Shown: piece after piece, positions 40,148-54,308 of the stretch
How the letters are laid out: each line of letters starts with the position of its first letter
Position numbering within the stretch: position 1 is the first letter of the stretch
Source of the DNA: Octopus bimaculoides
Lineage: Eukaryota
Assembly (NCBI RefSeq): GCF_001194135.2
Contig: NC_068981.1
Location: forward strand, 125,947,948 to 126,011,947
Direction: 5' to 3'
Length of the DNA stretch: 64,000 nucleotides
The notes under the pieces: model-generated
The model's database searches: none
What the model saw: only the letters and a program-made list of their open reading frames with translations
Told to the model about the DNA's origin: nothing
Position numbers and translations under genes: made by a program

Positions 40148-40330
40148 GCACAGGCATGGCTGTGTGGTAAGAAGTGGATCCTTGGGTAAGTGTTTTCTAC
40201 TACAGCCCTGGGCTTACCAAAGCCTTGTGAGTGGATATTGTAGACTGAAATTGAAAGAAGCCCATTGTATATATATGTATATGTATATATGTGTCCTTGT
40301 TTGGGCGTGTGTGTATGTGTACACGAACAC
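40148..40330 (+). mobile_element. SINE family B, 5' half
   Basis: ggcatggctgtgtggtaagaag...ttgggtaagtgttttctactacagccctggg...gtggatattgtagactgaaa. Confidence 0.8.
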
Positions 40331-42178
40331 ACACACTGTGTTCTAGTTTTATCTTTTTCATCATCATCAGTGTGGTATTTTCATATTTTCATTGAGTTCC
40401 TTGTAAAATGTTCCTAAATCCATTTTCTAGTCCTTCGTAGTCTCATCTACTGGATAAAGTGATGCCATCATGTGCTTCTGCTTTTGTATAATAGACAGGG
40501 ACAATATGATTGGTATAGATATTACCATCAGAATTTGAATTTTGATAATTAAGTTTATACATCATCTGTCTAGAATTAATTTTTGTTTCAGACTAGTATA
40601 TTCATTTGTTGTGTTTATTTTAGCCTTTTGCTGTTATGAATAATATCTCCATTATTAATCTTATTATTCATTAAAATCCTTATTTTGAAACCACAAGCAT
40701 ATAAACCTTCTAAAAAGCTACAAATGACTAATGTGATTTATGAATTATATTGCAAACATAGAAGTTGTACACTACAAGACTAACTGCTAAATTAAGTGTA
40801 TGCATACACACTTGTTGAATTACCAGGCATTTATATCAAAGAACAGTTAACATGCATTGCAGCATACAGTGAAAAACACAAGGAGATAGGAAAACATTTG
40901 TAGACAACAAACCTATACGCTACAGAATTCCCTACAAAAACAGATTATTACTAATGGAAATCATTCTTAATGATTTCTTGTCCCGCTTTCATAGCACTTT
41001 CATGATTTGTTGTCCCACTTTCTTAGTCTTATATGAGCATGTGTGTGAATACATGTGTGCACGTATACACAAGCTTCTGCTGACTCCTTAATATGGATTT
41101 AGCCTTTTAAACAACTAATAGTACCAGCTGTCCTAAGGTAAACTCCAGAGGGAACCAGCTACTAGATGATTCATTTAACCTTTCACTTTTATATCCAGTT
41201 TTAATGGTCAAGTTATACATCAGAGTTACTGTGAACATACCTAATGAAAATAATATACAATCATTGAAGAAAGTCAGCTGTCATAAAGATGAATCAGGTC
41301 TTTTCAACTCATGTGTAATTCATTAAACAACACTTTAAATTCTCAACTAGAAGGTTCCAAATTAGCGAGAACTCTCTCACAAAATAATCTATTTACAAAC
41401 CAAAAGGGGAATTTTAGTTGCTAACATTCAAAAGGTTAGAGTGATATCTGCAGTAGATTTGGACTCATAACTCAGGAGCTGGCCATTTAATATCTCTTCC
41501 AATATCATTTTATACCATAGCTATTTATGATTAAACTTATTGATTTTGTTGAACACCTTATCCTTATAAATTCCTGAACACCAGCAGCTGGTTGAAAAGA
41601 CATATCATTAAAGTATTTTCTTGACTTGTAAAAATAGTAAATATTAAATATTTTGAAATCTTTTATTTCACACAAATGTTCTTCAAAATTAGCCCATTTA
41701 TCCATGACTATAAATTACCACTAACAACTGTTCTTTAATCCTCCTATTTGGAAATCTGACTAATAGTAACGCATATTTGTCAAATGAATTAAACTACTAA
41801 GTCTTTCTGAACAACACACAGACAAGCAAACAGCAGCAATATCAAGTAAATGTGATGTTGTTCTTCACTAACACTTCAAATAATTAGCATCTTTATACCT
41901 TTGAACAAAGAAAGTTGCTAATTTTTGTTTTGCATACCAGACATAGTTAAGCTATATTTATACATGATGGTAACCATTTATCAAAATAAAATTTGCATAG
42001 AAGTCCCACTTATTGATGCTTTATTTCATAGATTACACAGTTATCAAAACAGTTAATGTATCATTACTGAAAATTTTCTAATAATATATCATTTTAAAAC
42101 CATCTCATATATTATATTAAAATGTGTGTTAATCTGAAGAATGCCAATTCATGCAACATTATTCTGTCAATAATGCAC

Positions 42179-42216
<38 letters not shown>

Positions 42217-44329
42217 NNNNNNNNNNNNNNNNNNNNNNNNNNNNNNNNNNNNNNNNNNNNNNNNNNNNNNNNNNNNNNNNNNNNNNNNNNNNNNNNNNNN
42301 NNNNNNNNNNNNNNNNNCATTATGGAATACTTTCCTATGTAAAACAATGTTTTTGTAAATCCTAAACAATTGAAAATTTAATGTATGAAACAATGAGTTA
42401 AAATAAATACATATGCAGTTTAGTGATAGATTCATTAATTTTTTTTCTGTTCATACCTTTCCCAAACACATCAATATTAAACATACTAAGAACTAAAACC
42501 CCCATCATGGACTTAGTTCACTAAGAACATATTGTCACTATAATAAAACTATGTAATCTTTAAATTTTCTGCACTCCTCTTAACATATATATAGTCTTTC
42601 TTTGTACTGAATATATATTTGCAATAAGCTAAAATTGGTTCCTAAGCAATGGGTGTGAATATGAGTGGGTGTAAGCTATGAGAAAGCAGCAGAAACTAGC
42701 TGTAAAGACGATCTGATTACTGTCTCAAAAAGAGAAAGAAAAACTAAACCAACATTAGGAGAATTGTGGTATTCAATATTGTGTGGATAGGTATATACAT
42801 GATAATCAGTATAACTGTAGTGCTCTCAATTTCAATAAGAATAAGAGGGATTCACTAGAAAAATTTCAAGGGATTTAGGATTATTATTTAAGTTGTAAAG
42901 GTGGTTGCTTCTTTTACTCTTTTATTATTTAGTGTTGGTTTCAACCATTGAACTGTGACCATGCTTTGGCACTACCTTCGAAGGTTTTTAATAAATCATA
43001 TTAATCCCAGTATTTTGAATGCAAGGACTTCCATCTCTTACACATGCAACTTGTTTCATTATCTATGAAAAAAGCAATGTTCTCTTCCAGTTGTAACCCA
43101 TCAACAGATAAAGCTTGCTCTTATGATTTATTTATGAACATAGAAAAGCTGAAGTTTTACTAGAAACTGCAACCTTTTGAGTATGATAATTATTTCTGGG
43201 TATTCTAGATATAAAACCATCTTTTCCATGGAACAATCAGTTGGAATAGCAGTCTGAATAATATGAGGTCATGGTATTATGTCTGTCAGTGTATAACTGT
43301 CTTGGTAAAAGTTCTGCTTCGATTTTGTCCTATTAGCATTGCAAATAAAAAAGATGCAAAGGTCAAGGCATTCATTATTGCATGCATAAATCATGGGGTC
43401 CTTGTGCTCTCTTGTGTATATGTTGCAGATTTCTTTTAAAACTGAATGGCAGAATACAGTGTAGTCTGATCTCTGTCCCTTATTAACACTATTTCATAAG
43501 TTCATAACTGATTCTAAATATACTTTTTATGCATTTTTATGTAATACTATCTCTCTAACTCTATGTTGGCATACATATCAACAAGCGTATTAGAGACAAA
43601 AGTCTTGGCAATGATGAAGACAGTTAAATGAATTGCTTCAAATCTGAATCAATAAGCATAACGATCCACACAGAATACATTTTTTTTGTTTTGTTTTGTT
43701 TTTTTATGGAAGTTACCCAACCAACCAACTTGCAATATACCAAAGTGGTTGCTATTTATTTCATTACAAAAAAAAAAAAAAAAACCAATGGATATAGCAA
43801 AGTACTATATGAATGATGAGTTTCATTATGAATTTTATGCAACTGTCATGACATTCTAAAATAACTCATTTACCATGATCTCCAGCCTTAATAATTGCAA
43901 CTTCATTATTCGGGAACATTAATTCATTAAACATGTTCTACAGCTAGTGTTTTGTTGGTATTGATATGAAGTTAAAAATCCAGAGTTAAAGTACATTACA
44001 GAGCATACTGGAATCGTCTGATGTAATTCTCTTCATGGGGCATTTCTTGCAACTTTAAAATAAGTTTCAATCATGTATTTAAATAGTTTTTTTTTTGCAA
44101 CATGGTGCTATGTTTTGATTGTCACTATATATGTAAAAATTGTAGCTCTTTATTTAGAAAAGACTGAAGAGAACCAGTTCTCTGATAAATTTGTCCTTGT
44201 GCTTAAAAGTTAGCATCAACAAACTTTTTTTGATAATTATTGTTCCTGATATCCTTTGAAAAGCAGAATTGTTTGTTCAAATACTTATCAAAAAATGTTT
44301 TGATTCTGAAGTGGTTCCCAAAATATGAC

Positions 44330-44560
44330 CAATTATACATACTGGTGGCTTGTATAGAGGCAAATGGACCTTATCATAAGAATGACATATGTTCCACTTT
44401 CTAGTACCATTATTAGAAATGCACTTCCACATCTTATATAAGAATGAGTTCTTAGTGGCTCTGAATGGTGACATCAGTATCCATATCTGACAATGCACAA
44501 TGATGCAGAAACACATGCACTTTACAGTCTGATGACATCATTCATTGCCCAGTGATAAGT
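44330..44560 (+). mobile_element. Highly decayed L2/CR1-type endonuclease remnant
   Basis: Plus-strand fragments LNGDISIHI (vs GDFNIHV) and DAETHALYSLMTSF. Weak match. Confidence 0.28.
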
Positions 44561-45888
44561 CTTTCATGCATATTGTCTATAAAGAGAATTTTTCTCTTGA
44601 GACAATTTCTGCAGTATCTGTCTTTTCATGTCCAAATGTACACAAACATGTTAAATATGATTGTACAGGCCTATAATTTTTTTGGTGGGGGTGTGCTTTT
44701 TCATTCTTATGCTCATTTTTTCTATCTTTCTTTTCTACAACCTTACTGCTTTGTTTTTTGCATTTTCTTGTGCTTACTTTTTAATTTCTATATTTTTTCT
44801 TTATTCCCTACAATTTTATTTTTATTACCTCATATTCTGATACTCCCTCACTTTCTGAAAACATTTTCCTATGTTCTTTTGTTTTCTTCTCGTTTCTTAC
44901 ATATGCTCTGTCAATTTTTGAAGTCTCATTCTTTTTCCTTTCTTTTCATTGTCATGTAGTGTTTTACACCTACATTTCTCATGTTCATAATGGCTGTTGT
45001 TAGTTACAGATATATTCCTTTCCAGTAGCACTTAATAACTTATAGTGAATGGAGAAATAATCACTTAATGACCATTTTTGTAATGAACCTGAACTACTAC
45101 ATTGTACATATTACTAATGACAGCCAATTCGACATAGCTGTTGTATGTCCCATCCCTATTCAAATATATTTGATATTGCTGCATTTTGCTGCTGGAAACA
45201 AGGATTGAAAATGACCCTCAGTTCTTGTGTAAATGTTGTATCATTGTATGTATTGATATTATCATCAGACAACAGTGATAAACGTCTAAACAATCAGTCA
45301 CTGTTACCTTAATAAAGGGTTGTTGTCTACTCAAAAATCAGGAAAGCTGGAATTGTTCAGTTGTTTCTCAATAGTGTCACCTTAAATGTTGAATGATTAA
45401 CCTATAACTGTGTATATATAAGAATAAAATGGGAAGATGGGAGTCAGAGGAGACAAAAGAAGATAAAGGAGATAAAGGAGACAAAAGAAAACATAAGGGA
45501 GAGATCCAACACAAGAGAAGGAATCACAGTTAAGACAATAGAGAAAAATGAGCACGAAAGATTGTGAGGAAAAAGAGAAATAGCATGAGACAGAGAGAAA
45601 AAGTGAGAAATTAAGAGAGAGAGAGAAAGTGAAACTGTGTCGCAAACAGGAAAATAATGGGAAATGTGTGTGAAATAACAAAAGAAATAAAGAAAGAAAT
45701 CTTAAAGAGAGACTGAAGAAGAAACAAAAACATAGAGAGATTGCTGTCATCAAGCAAAAGTGACAAAACTTTAAAATGAAAAACATTTGCCCGAGTGTGG
45801 TTGTATGACTAAGAAGTTTACTTCCCAGCTGGCAGTTCAGCAAAAGAGACCTATAGAATAAGTATTGTGTTGATTTGTTCAACTAAAC

Positions 45889-48828
45889 CATAGCTTCCCA
45901 AAGTGGGCAATATCACCCCCCAGTGGATGATTTCAACTTAGAGGTGGGCGATGGGTGAATTGCTAGAAAATGGTGGGCGATTTGAGATTTTTGTGGGTGA
46001 CAATGAAAATTTTAGAAATTAAGTCTGCATTTACTGACATCTAGGCAAACCTAGAATAAGGATGCACTTTTATCGATTTGACTAATCGCACGAGATGTTC
46101 CTTTGTATTAAAAATGCAAACTTGTTAATCGATCAAATATTTTTGTCGCAGTCATTGAGATGGTTGTCATGCATGCTAAAAATAGCAGCCAAATAGGCCT
46201 AGGCCTTAAATCACACTCCACTACAATTNNNNNNNNNNTTTTATTTATTAGATGAAAGAAAGCGATAACAAGCCTATTTAATAACTACATATATAACACA
46301 TAGGTATGATACATATATAATACAAAAGCACATTAAAATACATATCTAAAACCAAACAAAACACAAACATGAGGGAAAAGGAAACAAAGGAGAAAAAGAG
46401 GAAGGAAGTTGAATAGCTCCTGCAATTTAGCTTGGAAAGGTATATTAATGTGCCAAATTCTAAAATTTCCAATAAACTTTAATTTTTGAAATGCTGACAG
46501 CCAAGCAAACTAGATCCATATTTGCTCCTGTAAAGACATGTCATCTGACTCTGCTCTGTTGACTTCTTCTTCTCTTTGGGAATACCATACTGCCTTTCTG
46601 ACATCATCTGCAGAAATTCGTTTTCACATTTCACTTTACTGATGCCTCCAGTCAAGAAAATGTGTCGACAGTACAGTAGTGATTATTTATCGTTTGGATT
46701 TATTCCCTCTCCTCAGAACTGTCAGTTACCAATGTGCCTTCTTTGCCATCAAACATTGACCGACAAAGCAATGAAAGCTTCATGCTTGAAATATCACTTT
46801 GATGCAAAGCATTCTGACAAGAAGAACAAACCGTTATCATACTTTTTGCAACTGAGCTCCTCTTTCAAAAAGCAAATACAAACATTCAACATGCTACTCC
46901 AGGAAACTAGTAAACAGGAGAATGATAATTTGATTGCATTGTACAACATTGCATTGCTTGTTGCTAAGTCTGCAAAGTCTCACACAATTAGAGAAACATT
47001 ACTTCGCCCAGTTATTAAAGAAGTTTTGCCAAACATTATGCACATAAAACCCAATAACATTATGAAGATCCTGCTTAGTAATTACATAATTTCAAGACAC
47101 ATCAATGAAATGGCCAACAATGTCAAACATCAGCTCATTAATATTCCCTAGCGTTCTGAATTTTCAATACAAGTGGATGAGTCAACTGTTGTGGACAATC
47201 AATGTTCGATGATGGTATATGTTCGGTATTTCAGTGAAGACCTTCAACCTTGTGAGGAAATACTGTTCACAGAGAAATTGCCGCTTGATTCAAAAGGTGC
47301 AACTATTTTCCACACTCTCAAGTCTTTCCATTTTGAACATAAAATCCCACTTAGTAATATTCTTGCCTGTGCATCTGATGGAGCCCCTTCAATGATAGGA
47401 AGATACAGAGGTTTTTCATCTTTCCTAAAGCATGAAATTTCACACCAGATACTAACTGTTTGTTGCTTGGTACACTGGCAGCATTTAGTGGCAAAAAATA
47501 TGAACAGTAAATTGAATGATGTGCTACAGTTAGTTATCAAGACTGTGAACAGATTGAAGTCCAGTCCCTTGACTGATCGAATTTGCCATCAACTCTGTCT
47601 GAGAAATGATGAGGACCATACTAAACTCTTATACCATACCGAAGTGCAGTGGCTGTCAAAAGGAAACTGTTTTACGCTTTGTTGAACTGTTTCATATAAT
47701 ATCTTTTTCTTTGAAGATACTCCACTATCTGCTTCATTGATGGCTGCAAGATGTGATATCTTTTTTCTTTGTGATATATTCACAAAATTAAATGATTGGA
47801 ATAAGTTATTACAAGGAAACAGAAAAACTCTCATTGATTGTAGATCACTTATCACTACCCCCATTTCAAAATTGGTGTTGTTTAAGACTAACATATCAAA
47901 ATGTCAATTCCATCAATTTCCACTTGATTCTTTGAAAGATGAATTAGTTGATGAGGTTTTAACTACATATCACAACTATTTACAATCATTGCACAATAAC
48001 ATGGTGGAGCGATTTCAAGAAGTTATTGCGCTGGATATTCCAAATCAGTATAGCAATCCGTTTGAGGTTGATGCAGTTGATTGCAAGGATGATGTTCCGG
48101 TGGGACTGATAGAATTACAAAATGATAATGATGCCACAATGCGATATCGCCATAATGGCAATGAAAGTTTGTGGTACCATCAGAGTATATTGAATTCCTA
48201 CTCCAATCTGTAGAACCATCTGAAATTATTTTTGCTTGCCTTCCCTACCTCATACCTGGTTGAATCCAGTTTTAACCATGTTGGAACTTTATTTTCCCAT
48301 AAAAGAATTGGACTGGATGTGATACAAGGAGGAGACTTGCAGCTAAAGTTGACAAGTTCGAAACTGAATGTATCTGCAATAGCTGCATCACACCAGGCAC
48401 ATGGTTCTCATTAAAAAGTTGTATTCTTTTCCTTTATAATACAGTCATTATTTTTTTTTTTGCATTGGTAGTTCTGATCAATGGTTCATTTGGGGAAAAT
48501 GAAAATAAGTTTAAAAGAAAGAGCAAGCTTCCAGAAGTTAATCATTCTGCATAATATAGAGTTAAATTTAGAATTTTATTCACACTAATGGCAGAACTAA
48601 ACCCACAATAAGGGATTTGTAAACAACTGCATATTTGGTCCAAATGGCACTAACAGGGAAATGTGTTTACAATATAGTGTGTGTGTCAAATGATACAAGG
48701 GGTGTCCTAGGGGATTTTGGGTTGGGTGGGGTTGTGTTAGGGTTTTTTACACAGGTGGGTGATGAAACATTTTTTGGTCGATAGGTGGATGATATTGCAA
48801 TTTGGTGCAAAACGTTGGGGAAACACTG
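45889..48828 (+). mobile_element. Full-length hAT (Buster/Charlie-type) DNA transposon
   Basis: Exact 8-bp TSD AACTAAAC at 45881-45888 and 48829-48836, with the central TA typical of Buster targets. Ends are CATAGCTTCCCAA and reverse complement CAGTGTTTCCCCAA. Confidence 0.95.
46642..48414 (+). pseudogene. Buster-type hAT transposase pseudogene (ZBED5/ZBED8/SCAND3-like), about 590 codons with 3 premature stops
   Basis: Four ORF pieces in the same frame. Contains a BED-like C..C..H..H start, DEST, ASDGAPSMIG, CLVH, TEVQWLSKG and the C-terminal FPTSYLVESSFN...SH* motifs. Confidence 0.92.
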
Positions 48829-49101
48829 AACTAAACTCTTCAAAGTTGTGCCCAAGCACAGTTGCAGTCCAATGACTTAAACAAGTAATAGATCGACCAT
48901 GACAGTTCTTCTCTGTAATAGCTTGTTGTCTGCTCAGAATTGGAAAAGCAGAAATAGCTGGGTTGTTTCCAGATATTTTGGGCTTAAACTTAGAGTGGGT
49001 GACATGTAAATGTGTGTGTGTTGGAAAAAGAGGAGATTTGAGAGTGTGAATGTGATGTAGAAAACAGATAGAGAGACAGGAAAATTAAGTAGCAAACAGG
49101 A

Positions 49102-49283
49102 GTAGGAGTGGTTGTGTGGTAAGTAGCTTGCTTACCAACCACATGGTTCTGGGTTCAGTCCCACTGCATGGCACCTCAGGCAAGTGTCTTCTACTATACC
49201 CTCAGGCCCAAAGCCTTGTGAATGGATTTGGTAGATGGAAACTGAAAGAAACCTATCGTATGTATACATATATACATATATAC

Positions 49284-49317
<34 letters not shown>

Positions 49318-49510
49318 GTGTGTGTGTGTCTGTGTTTGTCCCCCAAACATCGCTTCACAACCGATGCTGGTGTGTTTACATCCCTGTCACTTAGCGGTTC
49401 GGCAAGAGAGACCAATAGAATAAGTCCTGGGGTCAATTTGCTCGACTAAAGGTGGTGCTTCAGCATGGCCGCAGTCAAATGACTGAAACAATATAAAGAA
49501 ATAAAGGAAA
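49102..49510 (+). mobile_element. tRNA-derived SINE, family B, near full length
   Basis: A-box TGGTTGTGTGG, B-box GGTTCAGTCCC, then ggcaagtgtcttctactatag, an internal (TA)/(TG) run and the 3' end gcatggccgcagtcaaatgactgaaaca. Several CpGs are retained. Confidence 0.9.
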
Positions 49511-51419
49511 AGGATGATATGGAGAGATGGGTGTAAAGATTGTGAGAGAGAGAAAACTATATTAAAAGAAAATGAGTCACAACCAAGAAGACAGGGAAAA
49601 AAAATTACAGTAGAGTTTTAAAGAGAGAAAGAGAAAGATTAAAGAGAGACTGAAGGTAAAAGAAAAGCAGTTTGACATAATTCAACCTTAACGCATCTGT
49701 TTCTTCTTGTCAACCAGGAGACATTGTATTTTACAATGTTTCCCTTCCTTCCATTATCACCTTTTTCAACTTTCTTTTGATTCCATTTCTTGTTCCTTCA
49801 CCTCATTTCTTTATATATATATATATATATGATCGAACGTCACGCATCCTTTTCCAAGTAAGTTTATCTTAATAATTACAATGCACACTGTTCTACTATC
49901 TCTTTTCTGTCTATCTCTCTCCCTCTCTTGTTCTTCATCCTTTCTGTTTTTCTCTCCCACTCTTTCCTTATTCTTCTCTCCCTTTCACTGTTCTCTCTCT
50001 CTCTCTCTCTCTCTCACTCTTCCTCCTTGACTCTCTCATTGCTGACACGTGACAAAAGGGGATCTCTCTTTCTGTTCACTGCCTTCCTAAAGAAAAGATG
50101 TGTTTTTTCTGTCTCTTCTCTTATGCACATCTACCTAGCGTTCATAATAATTTTTCTATCGTCTTGGCTCAACAGCCCTCACTGTTTGTTTTTACTGTCT
50201 TGTTCTCACTGTCCTGTTCTTGTTAACACTTTCACCTGCCGCAAAAAATTCCAAATTTTATTTAATTTGCTTTGCGGGAAGGACTGTTCCAACAAAGTCG
50301 CGTATTGTCCTTGCCTTCGAAACATGGAGTAGATGGAACAGGAACAACTGACGAAGTGGTATACTCGTTATGGTGCATGTTTCGTTTCTCTGTTTGTTTG
50401 TTTTTTTGTTGTTCTAAAAAGTTTGTTTTCATTTTTATGTTTTCGTAATAAATAAACATTATATTTGACAGAACTGGTGGAAAATAAAATGGGGGACCAA
50501 TTAAGAAAATAAAAGTAATTTAATTTCTTCATATCTTTTATCCTATGCTGCTTCCTAAAGAAAATTATTCTTTCCATGATATCAATTCTATCAGGAGATT
50601 TTGTTTTAAAAATTACCTGGTTTCTGAATTGACCCTTGGTTCTTTAATGTGTGGAGTTGCAAGAATTCAGACAGTTCCCACACACCAATTCTTTCACCTC
50701 TTATATTTTTACCCCCAACATTGATCTGCCAATGTTTAGGCTCAGTATCACACCAGTCTCATCAGTCTAAAAAGAGTCTGTAATGGTCATCAGCACTGCC
50801 CCAGTTAGCTTTCATTGTTTAATTTGTATTCAAAATCATAGTTCATTTTGGCCTACTTTTTTCAAGCAAAAGAATCATTTTTTAATTAATTTTCTTCACT
50901 ATTTGAAAAATAGAGATTTCACCAGTTGCTATGGTTTTCTTGTATTTTCAGTTAATACTTGCAGGACTACTGATTAATGAGATCATTTCCTGGTGATGCA
51001 TAGTTTCCTCACTTTTACCTTTTTCACCAATATTGTAATAGCCTCTACTTCACCACACCCTTTCTACCTAGGTCCACCAACCCACCAGTCTCCTTCTGTT
51101 ACTCCCACTGTATCTCACCTACCAAACTCTACTCAGAACACTTTTCTGTCTTTCCTTCACAGAACTACAACCTTCTGAAATTTCCTTTCCCACATTTCCC
51201 TCTAAATATTAACCTACAAGATGTTCAAGATGAATATCAATCTCATCACACTAGAAAGATCCCTGACTAATTATGACCTTTTTCCTTCTTTCCTGACTAA
51301 TCTAGTCTTCTGTATTAGATAGTCATCCTGATGATTATGATATATACGATAGACTCTTCTATCAGTTTTCATGTAGGAGAATCCAACAACCTACACCTTC
51401 TTTGTCAGTCATAATACTT

Positions 51420-51730
51420 ATGTTGAATGTGACATTTGAGTCCCACCAACGATTTGCAAAGAAGCCTGCAGATGTTGAAAGTATGAGGATTATAGGTCAG
51501 TGTAGATAGTATATTTGCAGCCACTTTTCTTCTTTGTCTTGTACCCCTAAGCTTGTTAATGCTGGTTGAAACAAAGTGTCCTATACCATTTTATCATGAC
51601 AATCTCCATTTTTGTTTCCTCGAAGGCTGTTTGCTTAAAGGTGTTGTGAGCAATATTGACTGCTGAGAGGTTACTCTTCAGCTTGTCCTTATATCTGAGC
51701 TATGATTGACCAACTTTACTGCGCCCAAGG
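51420..51730 (-). mobile_element. 3' fragment of an RTE (BovB-like) LINE
   Basis: Minus strand gives GRSKVGQS*LRYKDKLKSNL and a terminal C2H2-like ICRLLCKSLVGLKCHIQH, characteristic of RTE/BovB C-termini. Confidence 0.65.
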
Positions 51731-52560
51731 ATATACATATATATATTATTATCATTTATTTTCCATATCAGTGTGGGTTTGATAGTTTGACAGGAGCTGA
51801 TAAACCAGAGAACTGAGTTAAACTCTAACATCAGCTTTGGCATGGTTTCTGCAGCTGGATGCCCTTCCTAATGCCAACCACTTTACAGAGTGTACTGGTG
51901 CTTTTTATGTGGCACCAGCATCAGCAAGATCACCAAATAGCTTGCAAAACAAAGACCCCTCAGCTTAATAAACAAGCTTTTGATAGTTTTATAGATATTT
52001 CAAAATTATGATGCTATTGATGCTAGGTGTTTCCATTATTTTGTCCAACCCCTGTATATATATATATATAAAATCCCCTGGCCCTTTTTCCTTTCACCAC
52101 TTTTTTCATGGCAGCAGCTGACCTGTTGTGCTAATCCACGTCTGACAATAGAGAGCAGTCACCATATTCCCTTACATATTGGCTAACTCTGATGAGTGTA
52201 AAGTTATATAATTGGATTGTTTACCTAACATTCCATTGTATTCTTTACACGAAACCGATTGATAAGATCAGCCATGATGGATATTTAATACTATACNNNN
52301 NNNNNNATATATATAATATAATATGCACACACACACACATATTTATAAAGGTGTTTTATTGTTGAAGCTTCTTGGATTTTTTTTATCATTGGTAAATTTG
52401 TTTCACTTTTAAATTTTTCTAAGGGTTTTATATTGCTTACTGGTTCACATTTTTGTATAAAGTTAATTTGGTATTGGAATATTAAGATGAACTGCATTAT
52501 GATCATATGATAATAAACGATTCTTTGTTCAAAGCATATGAAATCAATTTTATATTTTAG

Positions 52561-52719
52561 ATACCAGTTGAATATACTCACAGTGATGAAGAGGAGGAGG
52601 ACACAGCTAATATTGAAGATTCTAAAGATACTGAAGATGACATTTCAGAATCTGATGCTGAAGAAGAGACAAGTTGTAGCAGAGATGGCTATAAAGGAAT
52701 ACGAGGAACTGTTGTTTGA
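52561..52719 (+). CDS. Probable terminal coding exon of Slo2/KCNT: IPVEYTHSDEEEEDTANIEDSKDTEDDISESDAEEETSCSRDGYKGIRGTVV*
   Basis: Acceptor tttatattttag|, with a phase-0 open frame of 52 aa then TGA. Phase fits the 17435 donor. Ends in T-V-V, a class I PDZ-type motif analogous to KCNT1 ETQL. AATAAA near 52952. Linkage to the gene is inferred. Confidence 0.6.
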   Translation: MPVEYTHSDEEEEDTANIEDSKDTEDDISESDAEEETSCSRDGYKGIRGTVV

Positions 52720-54265
52720 AGTAATATAGATTGAAATTCTTTGAGTATGCAAAACTTGGAATATTTATCTTTTGCTTTTTATCTAAAACTTATCTGGATA
52801 ATGCTCTTTCTCCCCTGCTGATTGTGAAAGGTCATAAATCTTAAACTGTTGTATATCATCAATAATAATATACTCCAGAACACATATTTATATATTGAAC
52901 AGCTTTTTGAACATGCTGAACATATTCCTCCTGTTGAGTGAATAATGAAAAATAAATTATAAATGAAAGAAAATCTCAAAACCTTATCAAAAATTTTTTT
53001 AAAAAAACACATTTTTTTCAAAAAATTTAACTTCCATATTGCCTATATTTTGAATTTTTTCCATACACCCATGCGATATTTATTTCCTATTTTTGATACC
53101 AATTTGTGGCTGTGCTGGCACAGTTTTGATGGCCTCTTAACACTGCTTTCTTCACATCAATAAAGTTGCCCTTATTGTTCATTATACAGTGAGTGCAGCA
53201 ACTAACTAACTCTCGATCTACAACAGATCTATGTTTTATCAGTGACTACTGGTCCCAGTACATGAACAATATGTGTAATACCTCATGCTGATATGTATCA
53301 GTTGAAATTTTGAAATTTTCCGAAAGTCAAAGAACTATTTTAACATTCAAAAATTGTGTAAAGGTAATTGAACAAAATATGTATTTATTTAATGAAAGAG
53401 ATTTTTAGTATCTCGATCAATGTTAGTATGCTGGAAGATATTCAACCCAACAGTTTTGTGTTCTAAAATCATTGAATCACTTACTTAGAAGCTAACCATA
53501 TGAGATATGATTTCTGTTAAAATTATATATGTGGTCCATAGCACTGATGACAAAGAAGGAACATATACAGATTGAATTATTTCCATTTATAGACTATGCA
53601 ATTTTAAGGCAAATACCTAACCCTTCTTTCAATAACTGTGGGTGCTGACTTTTTTCATTCCCCAGTTGATTGTTTGATATTCCCTTTATTAAATGGTTTT
53701 CTGTAGGATTTTTTTTTCATCCTTTCTATTTAGAGTTGGTATTGAGAAAAATATTGAATACTGATGAATTATTCTTTAATATAAAGTGTATTAGCAGTAT
53801 TTGCAAGAACCTCTTGTCGTGGATCTAGGAAAGCATCTATTCTAATAACATCCAGTTAGTATTCAGAAAGATTTCCTAAACCATCTTATTCAGTGTTCTT
53901 TTGATCAGTAATCTAAAACACAAAAAATTAGCAACTTTCAGCATCATATAAGCTATAGTTAGTCTTTTTAAAATTCTCCCTCACTAAATTTTAGAAGTCA
54001 GAAATATCAGCATTTATTAATGAAAGACTATAAGGAAAATAAATTCTGTTATGATTGACTTTATGTAAGTATAATGTTTTAAAATGCATTTTAATATTTT
54101 AGTTTAAAATATTAACAAACTAAGATATGTACATGTAACTGTTTATTTATTTTTCTTGATATTTTACTTTTTATGATAAAGGTATTTCATAATAATTTTC
54201 CTTAAATTTAAAAATTTAAATAGTTTTCAAATTATTTGAATAATTTAAAATTACAGTTCATATTA

Positions 54266-54308
<43 letters not shown>

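Noticed and set aside
49102-49175. tRNA-like A/B boxes
   Set aside because: These are SINE heads; no complete cloverleaf or acceptor stem, so no tRNA gene is called.
50285-50365. CCTTCGAAAC...CTGACGAAG resembling a permuted (type II) hammerhead
   Set aside because: No stem I hairpin can form between the GUA and CUGACGA, and stem II has mismatches. It may be a decayed Penelope-like end but is not supportable as a ribozyme.
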